Origin: a virus
Reading direction: 5' to 3' (one strand)
Virus record (IMG/VR): IMGVR_UViG_3300021960_000019
Length of the DNA stretch: 64,000 nt
The position numbers were made by a program, and so were the translations under genes. Shown in pieces: positions 1 through 9,009 of this stretch (the stretch's first letter is position 1; each line of letters opens with the position of its first letter). The notes below the pieces were generated by a model that worked only from the letters and a program-made list of their open reading frames with translations, was not told the origin of the DNA and made no database searches.

Positions 1-1
1 T

Positions 2-316
2 ACTGGACCTGCTTTGTCAACTATTGCAAAAGTTGCGTCAATAAACTCTTTACCAGATTATGCATTGATGACCGAGGATGGTGTAATTAACTTTGTTGCT
101 CTGGATAAAAAATCTGATACATCTGATCTTGCGAAAGAACCTGTTGGTAAATCTGATGCAGATTTTAAAATGTTTTTCCGCGCTGAAAACTTGAAACTTG
201 TAGAGGGTGATTACAATGTACGTGTATCACGCCATAAGATTTCTACTTTCCGCCATCAAACAAAGGCCCTGCAATATTGGGTAACTCTTGAACAGGATTC
301 GGAGTACAATGGGTAA
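2..316 (+). CDS. gp45: Sliding clamp gp45, C-terminal part (5' truncated by window edge)
   Basis: C-terminal motif FRAENLKLVEGDYNV...YWVTLE; immediately upstream of gp44 as in T4-like phages. Confidence 0.9.
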   Translation, partial: TGPALSTIAKVASINSLPDYALMTEDGVINFVALDKKSDTSDLAKEPVGKSDADFKMFFRAENLKLVEGDYNVRVSRHKISTFRHQTKALQYWVTLEQDSEYNG

Positions 317-1254
317 TGAAAGAACAATTCCTATGGGTCGAGAAATATCGGCCACAATCTATTGATGATTGTATTCTGCCAGAAGAATTAAAAGATACAT
401 TCAAAGAGTTTGTGGATAATAAAGACTTGCCTAACCTGTTATTGACAGGTGGGCCCGGCGTAGGTAAAACTACAGTTGCAAAGGCTCTGTGTCTAGAAAT
501 GGGCATGGATCATCTTCTAATAAATGGTTCGGAGGAGGGTGGTATTGATACCCTCCGAAATACTATTAGAAATTACGCATCCACTGTGAGTTTTTCGAGT
601 CAGGGTAAAGTTGTGATTCTAGATGAGGCGGATTATCTTAATCCACAGTCTACACAGCCTGCATTGCGTGGTTTCATTGAAGAATTTGCAGGCAACTGTA
701 GATTTATTTTGACTTGTAATTTCAAAAACCGCATAATCGAACCGTTGCACTCACGATGTTCTGTAATTGAATTTAAAATAAAAAAATCTGATAAACCCAG
801 ACTTGCTGCAAGTTTTGGTAAAAGGGTTTGTGGTATTTTGGATGATGAGAACATTAAATACCAAAAAAGTGTAGTTGGTCAGGTAATGATGAAATACTTT
901 CCTGATTGGAGAAGGGTATTAAACGAACTACAACGTTATTCTGTTGGTGGTACAATTGATTCTGGTATTTTTGAAAATCTTGGTGAGATATCTTTAGACA
1001 GTCTGGCAAATTCACTCAAAAATAGAGACTTTACTGAAATGCGTAAATGGGTTGCAGAAAACTCTGACAACGACCCAAATCAACTTTTTAGAAAGATTTA
1101 TGATGGCATGTATGACTACCTTGAACCAAATTCGATTCCAGATGCAGTACTTATTATTGCACAATATCAATATCAATCTGGATTTGTTGCAAATACTGAT
1201 ATTAATCTTGTTGCATGTCTTACAGAGATGATGGTTAGTTGTCAGTGGAAATAA
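316..1254 (+). CDS. gp44: Clamp loader large subunit gp44 (AAA+)
   Basis: LWVEKYRP start, Walker A GPGVGKTT, Walker B ILDEAD, SRC motif. Confidence 0.97.
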   Translation: MKEQFLWVEKYRPQSIDDCILPEELKDTFKEFVDNKDLPNLLLTGGPGVGKTTVAKALCLEMGMDHLLINGSEEGGIDTLRNTIRNYASTVSFSSQGKVVILDEADYLNPQSTQPALRGFIEEFAGNCRFILTCNFKNRIIEPLHSRCSVIEFKIKKSDKPRLAASFGKRVCGILDDENIKYQKSVVGQVMMKYFPDWRRVLNELQRYSVGGTIDSGIFENLGEISLDSLANSLKNRDFTEMRKWVAENSDNDPNQLFRKIYDGMYDYLEPNSIPDAVLIIAQYQYQSGFVANTDINLVACLTEMMVSCQWK

Positions 1255-1257
1255 CAA

Positions 1258-1722
1258 ATGTCAAAAAAACATTTCAAAAAACTTCTTAAAAATGTAGATT
1301 TTTCTGCAAACTATGGCGCAGCCGGAGGGAGAACTTTTACTCTACTGCGCGATGCTGGATACACTGAAAACCAAATTTCTAATAAATTTAATGGTCACGA
1401 TAATAGTATCAGCTGGGAAGATTTGAGAGATATTTTTGAATTTCAAAATAGATTGTGTTATTATCTTTCTTGGAAAATAGATTTAGATGAATTGTATGTA
1501 CCATATTCTCCCTTTGCCCCTTCGGTAGATAGAATTGATAATTCTAAAGGATATGATTTAGATAATATTGTTATATGTACTAGATTTGCAAACTTGGGAA
1601 TGAGTGCATACAACCATCCTAATTTCAGAGAAAGATTGCAGTATGAAATGGATAATAGAGAAAACATATTTGTTGAAAGATACAAAAAGCAACCAAAGTT
1701 TGGATTGGACAATTTTTTATGA
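1258..1722 (+). CDS. HNH/His-Me-finger-like endonuclease inserted between gp44 and gp62
   Basis: LCYY...PSVDRIDNSKGY..DNIVICT..AN pattern typical of phage HNH-like nucleases; splits the normally adjacent gp44-gp62 pair. Confidence 0.6.
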   Translation: MSKKHFKKLLKNVDFSANYGAAGGRTFTLLRDAGYTENQISNKFNGHDNSISWEDLRDIFEFQNRLCYYLSWKIDLDELYVPYSPFAPSVDRIDNSKGYDLDNIVICTRFANLGMSAYNHPNFRERLQYEMDNRENIFVERYKKQPKFGLDNFL

Positions 1723-2105
1723 GTTATGATTTATTTAAAGACTATATCCCAGCAATATCAAACACTAAATTAGATTTAATGAATAGTGGTGATGAACTGT
1801 GGGAAAAAAATTATCCAGCATTTATGGTAAATAAAACATTTTCACATTTTCAAGATACAATTTTATATGCACAGGAGATGAATCGACGCCCCCACCTAGA
1901 CAATAAGCTTCAGTTTGACTATTTACTAAATACAATTAGACCGATGAAAAGATTTTCAAGATGGCCTAAAAAGATTGCTCATGATGATTTAGAATATGTT
2001 AAAGAATATTATGGGTATAATGATGTAAGAGCTGAAGAGGCTCTTAGTTTACTTAATGATGAACAAATAAAAATAATAAAACAAAAGTTGAACAAAGGTG
2101 GATAG
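1719..2105 (+). CDS. gp62: Clamp loader small subunit gp62
   Basis: Y.AFMVN..FS...DT...A.EMN, LQFDYLLN.IR..KRFS.W, VKEYYGY; position before regA. Confidence 0.92.
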   Translation: MSYDLFKDYIPAISNTKLDLMNSGDELWEKNYPAFMVNKTFSHFQDTILYAQEMNRRPHLDNKLQFDYLLNTIRPMKRFSRWPKKIAHDDLEYVKEYYGYNDVRAEEALSLLNDEQIKIIKQKLNKGG

Positions 2106-2107
2106 TT

Positions 2108-2503
2108 ATGGGGAATACAGATGTAGAAAGTCTGGTTGAGGTACGCCTCTCAGACCAAGAGGATTTCTTAAAAATTAGAGAAACATTAACACGAATTGGT
2201 GTTGCCTCTAGAAAAGATCGAAAACTATATCAGTCATGCCATATTTTACATAAACAAGGAAAGTATTACATTGTACACTTCAAAGAATTGTTTAAGTTGG
2301 ATGGGAAAGATTCAGATTTTTCCGAAAACGACAGGGCAAGAAGAAATACTATCGTAAACTTACTTAAAGAGTGGGCATTAATTGATGTAGTAAGAGAAGA
2401 TGATTACGAGGCTGCACCATTGTCTCAGATAAAAATTTTATCACACAAAGAAAAAGATGGTTGGGAATTAGTTCCTAAGTATAATATTGGAAGAAAACGT
2501 TAA
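2108..2503 (+). CDS. regA: Translational repressor RegA
   Basis: DFLKIRETLTRIGVAS..LYQSCHILHKQGKYYIVHFKELF signature. Confidence 0.97.
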   Translation: MGNTDVESLVEVRLSDQEDFLKIRETLTRIGVASRKDRKLYQSCHILHKQGKYYIVHFKELFKLDGKDSDFSENDRARRNTIVNLLKEWALIDVVREDDYEAAPLSQIKILSHKEKDGWELVPKYNIGRKR

Positions 2504-2510
2504 ATAATTT

Positions 2511-3035
2511 ATGGAATTTGTTATGGAAAATTTGAATGTTGGTTGCTATAAAGTAACCGAAAACGCACACTTACCAGAATATGGAACTGAACAGGCTGCA
2601 TGTTTTGACTTGAAGGCAAGTTTACAAGATGTAGAAACTGTATCTGTCTTTGGTTATTCAAATTCAAAATCAAAAAGAACTGTAAAGAATAATAGTGTAA
2701 CACTATATTCTAATGAAAGAGTATTAGTTCCTACTGGAATAATTTTTGACTTGAATTTTGGACAATCTCTTAGAATTCATCCAAGATCTGGACTTGCATG
2801 GAAAACTGGTATAACTTTATTAAATTGCGAAGGTGTGGTCGATGCAGATTATGTTGACCCTACTTTTGTGATGTTATACAACATCTCTGATGTACAATTT
2901 AAAATTACTGATGGTGATAGAATTGCACAGGCAGAAATTATTACTGCAAGTCCTAGAATGAATTTCGATGTTATATCGGAAAAACCTGTTATTAAAACTG
3001 ACCGTAAAGGCGGTTTTGGTTCAACAGGAGTATAA
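2511..3035 (+). CDS. dut: Trimeric dUTPase
   Basis: Motifs ACFDL, PRSGLA, GVVDADY, GDRIAQ, RKGGFGSTG. Confidence 0.95.
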   Translation: MEFVMENLNVGCYKVTENAHLPEYGTEQAACFDLKASLQDVETVSVFGYSNSKSKRTVKNNSVTLYSNERVLVPTGIIFDLNFGQSLRIHPRSGLAWKTGITLLNCEGVVDADYVDPTFVMLYNISDVQFKITDGDRIAQAEIITASPRMNFDVISEKPVIKTDRKGGFGSTGV

Positions 3036-3072
3036 TTTTTTTTGTTTTTATTAATAAAAGTGAAAAAAGTTT

Positions 3073-3080
3073 TATAAATA
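3073..3080 (+). promoter_or_regulatory. T4-type late promoter TATAAATA upstream of hsp20
   Basis: Exact T4 late consensus in the intergenic region. Confidence 0.7.
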
Positions 3081-3082
3081 AT

Positions 3083-3144
3083 ATTGGAGTTGCCGATAGG
3101 GGCTCCAATTTTAACCTTGCTAAATATAATAGGAGGAAAATATG
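3083..3144 (+). promoter_or_regulatory. ROSE-like RNA thermometer in the hsp20 5' UTR
   Basis: 5' hairpin 3083-3109; CCTTGCTA (3115-3122) pairs with SD TAGGAGG (3130-3136) leaving a bulged G (U(U/C)GCU ROSE motif). Confidence 0.65.
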
Positions 3145-3600
3145 GTTAGGTTTACAACAGGACAATTAGATCCATTTCTACGTAGTAGTATCGGGTTCGA
3201 TCATTTATTTAGAGAATTGGATAGGGATGCGACAAGAACGCAACAATCCTATCCACCATACAATATTATTAAAGAAACAGATGAAAAATACCGCATTGAG
3301 GTGGCTGTTTCTGGATTCTCTGAGAATGAATTGAATGTCGAAGTAAAAGAAAACACTTTGACAGTTAGTGGAGTTAAAGAAAAGGAAACTGAAATCGAAT
3401 ATCTACATAAAGGTATTGGTGGAAGAAACTTTGAAAGAACTTTTACACTGGCAACCGACCTCGTAGTAAAAAGTGCCGATATTCAAAACGGCATTCTTGT
3501 AATTGGAATGGAATTATTAATTCCAGAACACAAGAAACCAAGAACCATCAAAATCAATGGTGAAGAATCTACTTCAGAACCAGAGTTATTGGTTGAATAA
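3142..3600 (+). CDS. hsp20: Small heat-shock protein (Hsp20/IbpA family)
   Basis: SIGFD.LF, SYPPYNI, YLHKGI..RNF.R.F.LA, NGIL motifs. Confidence 0.95.
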   Translation: MVRFTTGQLDPFLRSSIGFDHLFRELDRDATRTQQSYPPYNIIKETDEKYRIEVAVSGFSENELNVEVKENTLTVSGVKEKETEIEYLHKGIGGRNFERTFTLATDLVVKSADIQNGILVIGMELLIPEHKKPRTIKINGEESTSEPELLVE

Positions 3601-3609
3601 ATATTATAA

Positions 3610-3629
3610 GGTGGGGGGAAACCCCCACC
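3610..3629 (+). terminator. GC-rich hairpin after hsp20 (terminator or stabilising stem)
   Basis: GGTGGGGG-GAAA-CCCCCACC perfect 8-bp stem with GNRA loop; no U-tract. Confidence 0.5.
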
Positions 3630-3653
3630 AAACAACATGTAAAGGTGATAGTA

Positions 3654-3833
3654 ATGGAAACGCACGATCAAATTATTGCTGTAATTGAGCAATACAAACT
3701 AGAAAATCAAAAATTCGCAAGTGGTAATAAAAGTGCTGGCATTCGTGCCAGAAAATCACTTATGGAACTTAATAAATTGACTAAAGTTCGCCGAGCTGAA
3801 ATCCAAGAAGAAAAGGAATGGATTGTCAAATGA
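3654..3833 (+). CDS. Histone H1-like (Hc1-type) small basic protein
   Basis: KF..GNKSAG.RARK.L.EL.KL....R motif. Confidence 0.7.
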   Translation: METHDQIIAVIEQYKLENQKFASGNKSAGIRARKSLMELNKLTKVRRAEIQEEKEWIVK

Positions 3834-4141
3834 GCGATAAAATTCTTTATCGCACCAAGAGAGGTAAATCTGGAAAGATTGGAGATTTAGAATTTCGTCC
3901 AGCACTTCCCAATGACCAACTCATGGGCGCGATTATGAATAATAAAGTACTTATGTCAAATGGAAATCCACAAGTAATTATGCAAAAAGTTATAGATATG
4001 GAGTGGAGATGGTTTGAACGTAGGATTATTAAATTTTGTGGAAACACAGAAGAATCTCATGCATTACAACATGCATTGAGAGAACACATTAAAAAAGAAA
4101 AAAAATGGATCGCAAAAGGAGCAAAAGCAGATGCAATTTAA
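3830..4141 (+). CDS. Hypothetical protein
   Basis: ORF with ATGA overlap inside a tightly packed operon. Confidence 0.6.
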   Translation: MSDKILYRTKRGKSGKIGDLEFRPALPNDQLMGAIMNNKVLMSNGNPQVIMQKVIDMEWRWFERRIIKFCGNTEESHALQHALREHIKKEKKWIAKGAKADAI

Positions 4142-4388
4142 TTATGTTACAAGCCCATTTATGAGGGCATTAATTCGAAAATATGAATTTGAAAGAGATG
4201 AAGCAATCGCAAATCTACATGCATTTTTCGAAAATGGTGTAGGTGTGGGAGATCATGCAAATATTGTTTCAAGTATGGATGAGCAAGTATCTAAGTTAGA
4301 AGCTGCAGAGGGTAAACTAAAATCATTGATTACACATTTTGCAGCACAACCATCTGCGCCTGTCGAAGAACCATCAAATGAGTCTTAA
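4131..4388 (+). CDS. Hypothetical protein (helical)
   Basis: SD AAGGAG upstream; packed in operon. Confidence 0.65.
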   Translation: MQFNYVTSPFMRALIRKYEFERDEAIANLHAFFENGVGVGDHANIVSSMDEQVSKLEAAEGKLKSLITHFAAQPSAPVEEPSNES

Positions 4389-4728
4389 ATCTGTAAAACT
4401 TGTACGTTTAATATCTGGTGAAGAACTTTTGGGTGAAGTTACCGTACTTGATAGTGGTAATGTTAAACTCAAAAATTCTTGTCAGGTTGCAACATCATAT
4501 GCAGATCCTACATCTGCTACAGCAAGAATAGGCCTCGCACCATTTTTACCGTATACAAACGCAAAAGATGGTGTAGAGGTACAACAGAATTATATTGGAT
4601 TTATTACAGAACCTGTTACAGAACTTTTAAATGAGTATAGTAAAGTATTTGGTAGTGGATTAGTATTACCAGATAATGCATTGAAGGCTGCAACTTCTAC
4701 ATCAAATCATGGATTTGTGAAGGCATAA
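4378..4728 (+). CDS. Sm-like fold hypothetical protein typical upstream of gp43
   Basis: VKLVRLISGEELLG start, APFLPY, Y.KVFGSGLVLP. Confidence 0.65.
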   Translation: MSLKSVKLVRLISGEELLGEVTVLDSGNVKLKNSCQVATSYADPTSATARIGLAPFLPYTNAKDGVEVQQNYIGFITEPVTELLNEYSKVFGSGLVLPDNALKAATSTSNHGFVKA

Positions 4729-4732
4729 TAGC

Positions 4733-4761
4733 TTGACATTTTGTATCATTAATGGTACTAT
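4733..4761 (+). promoter_or_regulatory. sigma70-type promoter for gp43
   Basis: TTGACA-17 bp-TACTAT. Confidence 0.7.
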
Positions 4762-4798
4762 AACAACTAATACGATTTAATAATGACTGTGGTGGTAA

Positions 4799-7336
4799 AT
4801 GCGTTTTTATACAAATGTACAATGTGTCGGTAATAAAATATTCCTCAGAGAATACGACAATGGAAAGCGTAGGGAAGTAAAACTAGATTACTCTCCTACT
4901 CTTTTTGTATCTGGTGGTAGTGGTAAATCCAAATATAAAACTTTGCATGGAGAAAGTGTTGAGCCTATTAGACATGGTTCAATACGTGATGCAAGAGAAT
5001 TTATCAAAAAGTATGACGATATAGAAAATATGAAAATCTATGGTCATACACAATTCATCTATCCATTTATTGGTGATGAGTATCCAAGTGAAATTCAGTA
5101 TGATGAATCAAAGATAAACATTTGCAATATCGATATCGAAGTTGAGTGCGAAAATGGTTTTCCAGAACCAACTCTTGCAAACGAAATTGTTAACGCAATC
5201 ACAATGAAAATGAAAGATCAATATATTGTTCTTGGATTGGGTGATTGGGAAAACAAAAGTCCAGAAACACAACATCTTAAAATTAAATACTATAAGTTTA
5301 CTGATGAACTTGCACTCTTGCGTAGTTTTTTGGAAATTTGGACACATGCAAAAATCGATATTGTTACTGGTTGGAATGTGAACCAGTTTGATATGACGTA
5401 TCTTGTCAATCGTATTGGTAAAACTCTTGGTGATGATGAAGTCAAAAGATTGTCCACATGGGGGATTGTCAGGAAAATAGAAAAGAATATTCGTGGTCAG
5501 ATGCAGACACAAGTACAGATCAGTGGATTATCTATTATTGATTATCTTGATTTGTACAAAAAGTTTACATATGTAACTAGAGAAACGTATCGATTAGATC
5601 ATATTGCATATGTCGAGTTGGGTCGGAAAAAACTTGACCACTCTGAATTTGCAAATATGCATTTATTCTATAAACAAGATTATCAAAAGTTTATTGATTA
5701 TAACATTATCGACGTTGAGTTGGTCGATAAACTTGAAGATAAACTTAAACTAATGGAATTACTTATTACCATTGCATATCAGTCTAAAGTAAATTATGAC
5801 GAAGTATTCTCACCTATTAAGGTGTGGGATTCCATTGCATTTCATGAATTGCGTAGAAGTAAAACTGTAATTCCGCCTCGTAATAATAATACTAAATCGG
5901 AAGCTTATGAGGGTGCATATGTAAAAGACCCAACTGTTGGTAAACATGAATGGGTTATGTCATTTGATTTAAACAGTTTGTATCCACACTTAATTATGCA
6001 GTATAATATTTCACCAGAAACATTGTATGACAAAGAAAGAGTCAACACATCTGTTGAGAAACTATTGAATCAAGAAACGGATTTATCTAGTTTGCAGCGC
6101 AGTAATATGACTGTGTGTCCAAGTGGGGTTCTTTTCAATAAAGATAAACGTGGGTTTCTGCCCAAGTTGATGCAAAGTATGTATGATGATCGTACTACAT
6201 ATAAGAAGTTGATGTTAAAGACCAAACAAGATAAGATTGATGGTAAGGGCGACCCTGTTGAATTGGACAAGAAGATTGCTCAGTTAAACAACAAACAAAT
6301 GGCCGCAAAGATTTTGTTAAACTCTGCTTATGGTGCTTTGGGAAATCAGTACTTTAGATACTTTGATATCAGACAGGCAGAATCTATCACTTTGTCTGGA
6401 CAACTTTCAATTCGATGGATCGAAGAGAAAGTAAATATATACATGAATAAAATTTTAAAAAACGATGAGGATAAAAATTATGTCATTGCAAGCGATACGG
6501 ATTCAATTTACGTTGCTCTTGGTGACTTGGTTGACAAGTTTGTTAAAATCAAGGAAGGTGAGTCAAAATCAGAAGAAACACGAAGGAAAGTTGACTTTCT
6601 TGATAAGGTTGCCCAAGAGAAGTTTGAACCATATATCGATAAGTGTTATCAAGATCTTGCTACGTATGTAAATGCATACGACCAGAAGATGCAGATGGCC
6701 AGAGAGGTTATTGCCGATAGTGGTATCTGGACTGCAAAGAAAAGATACATTCTCAATGTTTGGGATAACGAAGGTGTTAGATATAAATCACCAGAACTTA
6801 AAATCATGGGTTTGGAGGCAGTTCGTTCATCAACACCAGAATCTTGTAGAAATATGATTAAGAAATCACTTGAACTTATTCTGCGTAGTAACAACGATAG
6901 TTTGATTGAATTTATTGAACAGTTTAGACAAGATTTCAAAACATATGAAGTTGATGATGTTGCATTTCCTAGAAGTGTAAATGGACTTACTAAATATCAT
7001 GACCCCGTTCTCACATACAAAAAAGGTACACCAATTCATGTAAAGGGTGTATTATTCTACAACCAACTAGTCAAAAAACATAAACTAGAAATGCAGTATC
7101 CGCCTATAAAAGACGGTGAAAAAATTAAGTTTTGTTATCTAAAAGAACCAAACCCATTGCAAAATAATACTATTGCAATTGCGGCCGGTACATTACCCAA
7201 AGAATTTGAGTTGGATAAGTTTCTTGATTATGATACACAATTTGAAAAGGCATATCTCGAACCAATTAAAACTATTGCGGAAACAATTGGTTGGGAAATA
7301 GAAAAGAAAATAACATTAGACAGTTTTTTTAATTAG
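4799..7336 (+). CDS. gp43: DNA polymerase, family B (gp43)
   Basis: Exo DIEV and GWNV..FD; SFDLNSLYP; KILLNSAYGALGN; SDTDS; KKRY; C-terminal clamp-binding LDSFF. Confidence 0.98.
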   Translation: MRFYTNVQCVGNKIFLREYDNGKRREVKLDYSPTLFVSGGSGKSKYKTLHGESVEPIRHGSIRDAREFIKKYDDIENMKIYGHTQFIYPFIGDEYPSEIQYDESKINICNIDIEVECENGFPEPTLANEIVNAITMKMKDQYIVLGLGDWENKSPETQHLKIKYYKFTDELALLRSFLEIWTHAKIDIVTGWNVNQFDMTYLVNRIGKTLGDDEVKRLSTWGIVRKIEKNIRGQMQTQVQISGLSIIDYLDLYKKFTYVTRETYRLDHIAYVELGRKKLDHSEFANMHLFYKQDYQKFIDYNIIDVELVDKLEDKLKLMELLITIAYQSKVNYDEVFSPIKVWDSIAFHELRRSKTVIPPRNNNTKSEAYEGAYVKDPTVGKHEWVMSFDLNSLYPHLIMQYNISPETLYDKERVNTSVEKLLNQETDLSSLQRSNMTVCPSGVLFNKDKRGFLPKLMQSMYDDRTTYKKLMLKTKQDKIDGKGDPVELDKKIAQLNNKQMAAKILLNSAYGALGNQYFRYFDIRQAESITLSGQLSIRWIEEKVNIYMNKILKNDEDKNYVIASDTDSIYVALGDLVDKFVKIKEGESKSEETRRKVDFLDKVAQEKFEPYIDKCYQDLATYVNAYDQKMQMAREVIADSGIWTAKKRYILNVWDNEGVRYKSPELKIMGLEAVRSSTPESCRNMIKKSLELILRSNNDSLIEFIEQFRQDFKTYEVDDVAFPRSVNGLTKYHDPVLTYKKGTPIHVKGVLFYNQLVKKHKLEMQYPPIKDGEKIKFCYLKEPNPLQNNTIAIAAGTLPKEFELDKFLDYDTQFEKAYLEPIKTIAETIGWEIEKKITLDSFFN

Positions 7337-7342
7337 GAGAAT

Positions 7343-8377
7343 ATGATGAGTCTTATGAATAAAATTAGAAAGAACACTACCTTCAAGGATGGGAGAGTTG
7401 ATGTTTTATCAGAGTCAAAGTTTCTGAATCAAAAAGACATGACCTCAACAAGTATCCCTGCAGTAAATATTGCATTGTCTGGATCGCCAGATGGTGGATT
7501 CACTTCAGGACTTACTATGATTGCCGGGCCAAGTAAACACTTTAAGACTGCATTTGGTCTTTTGATGATGAAATCTTATTTGGATAAAAATCCAGATGGC
7601 GTTGCATTGTTTTATGATTCGGAGTTTGGTACGCCGCAGGCATATTTCGATACTTTCCAAATCGATACTAGTAGAGTTATTCATGTGCCTGTTACAAACC
7701 TAGAAGAATTAAAATTTGATATTATGTCACAACTATCAGACATTGAAGTTGGCGATAAGTTGTTTATCGTAATAGATTCTGTAGGAAATCTTGCATCGAA
7801 GAAAGAAGTTGACGATGCGGAATCTGGTAAGTCTGCAGCAGACATGACACGAGCAAAACAATTCAAGTCTTTGTTTAGAATGGTAACACCACATCTATCA
7901 ATGAAAGATATCCCTATGGTTGCGATTAACCATACATACGACTCACAGGGTATGTTCCCCACTAAAGTCGTTTCTGGGGGTACTGGCATGTACTACAGTG
8001 CAGATACTATATGGATCATTGGTAGACAACAAGAAAAAACTGGTACAGAAATCTCTGGATATAACTTTATCATCAATGTAGAAAAATCTCGATATGTACG
8101 AGAAAAATCTAAAATTCCTGTGTCGGTAAGACATGAAGGTGGTATGGATACTTGGAGTGGTCTACTTGATATGGCATTAGATGCTGGGTGTATAAGTCAA
8201 TCTGGTGCGTGGTATCAATTAGTTGATTTGGAATCTGGAGAAGTACAGGATAAAAAATATCGATCCAAAGAATTTACTGGAAAAGAGTTTTGGACACCTA
8301 TTTTAGAAAGTAATCATTTTAAGAAATATTTGAAAGAAAGATATGTAGTAGGTAATAGTGCGATTATGGAGGAATAA
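7343..8377 (+). CDS. uvsX: RecA-like recombinase UvsX
   Basis: AGPSKHFKT, FYDSEFG, IDSVGNLASKKE, NHTY, GGTG. Confidence 0.97.
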   Translation: MMSLMNKIRKNTTFKDGRVDVLSESKFLNQKDMTSTSIPAVNIALSGSPDGGFTSGLTMIAGPSKHFKTAFGLLMMKSYLDKNPDGVALFYDSEFGTPQAYFDTFQIDTSRVIHVPVTNLEELKFDIMSQLSDIEVGDKLFIVIDSVGNLASKKEVDDAESGKSAADMTRAKQFKSLFRMVTPHLSMKDIPMVAINHTYDSQGMFPTKVVSGGTGMYYSADTIWIIGRQQEKTGTEISGYNFIINVEKSRYVREKSKIPVSVRHEGGMDTWSGLLDMALDAGCISQSGAWYQLVDLESGEVQDKKYRSKEFTGKEFWTPILESNHFKKYLKERYVVGNSAIMEE

Positions 8378-8701
8378 ATGGCACTATTTGCATCGAAGTA
8401 TGTATATAAGCAAAGACTAGATATTTGTAAAGGGTGCGATCAATTTCAAAAGATGGCACTACTTTGCAAATCGTGTGGTTGTTTTATGCCTGCCAAGGCA
8501 AAGATTGCGAATATAAGGTGTCCAGAAGATAAGTGGGTAGAAGTTTATGGTACTGAAGAAAAAGAACCAGAGACAGTAACCCTCTTAAAATCTGTACAAA
8601 CAGAAACATATCAAGAAAAAACAAGTAGACTTATGAATACTGCAAAAAATCTTAGGATAGAGGCAGATAAATTAGAGAAAGAGGCGAAAGGAATATTATG
8701 A
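8378..8701 (+). CDS. Cys-rich hypothetical protein (CxxC...CxxCGC...CP..KW)
   Basis: RLDICKGC...LCKSCGCFMPAKAK...CPEDKW, probable metal-binding domain. Confidence 0.65.
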   Translation: MALFASKYVYKQRLDICKGCDQFQKMALLCKSCGCFMPAKAKIANIRCPEDKWVEVYGTEEKEPETVTLLKSVQTETYQEKTSRLMNTAKNLRIEADKLEKEAKGIL

Positions 8702-9009
8702 CCGACACTGTTACTGAACAAACTTTTACCATGATGCAAACCGAAAATGAAGAAGATGGGTATGCAATCAAAATTAATGAAGGCCAATTTCTTAATGTGA
8801 TTTATACAATTGGTTCTGTAAAGATCCATGAAGAAGGTGATGAGGCAAGATTAGAGTTTGATTTTACTCCAATAAAGGGTAACATTATGTGGCCAGTAGA
8901 AAAGTTATATGAAAACGAAAAATTACAAGAACTTGCTGGACAAATCCTAAAATATATGTTAGAAGTATCAGTCAATGATGCACTTAACAATGTAAACACG
9001 CAGGCCTAA
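8698..9009 (+). CDS. Hypothetical protein in the gp40 position (between uvsX and gp41)
   Basis: Size and synteny only. Confidence 0.55.
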   Translation: MTDTVTEQTFTMMQTENEEDGYAIKINEGQFLNVIYTIGSVKIHEEGDEARLEFDFTPIKGNIMWPVEKLYENEKLQELAGQILKYMLEVSVNDALNNVNTQA

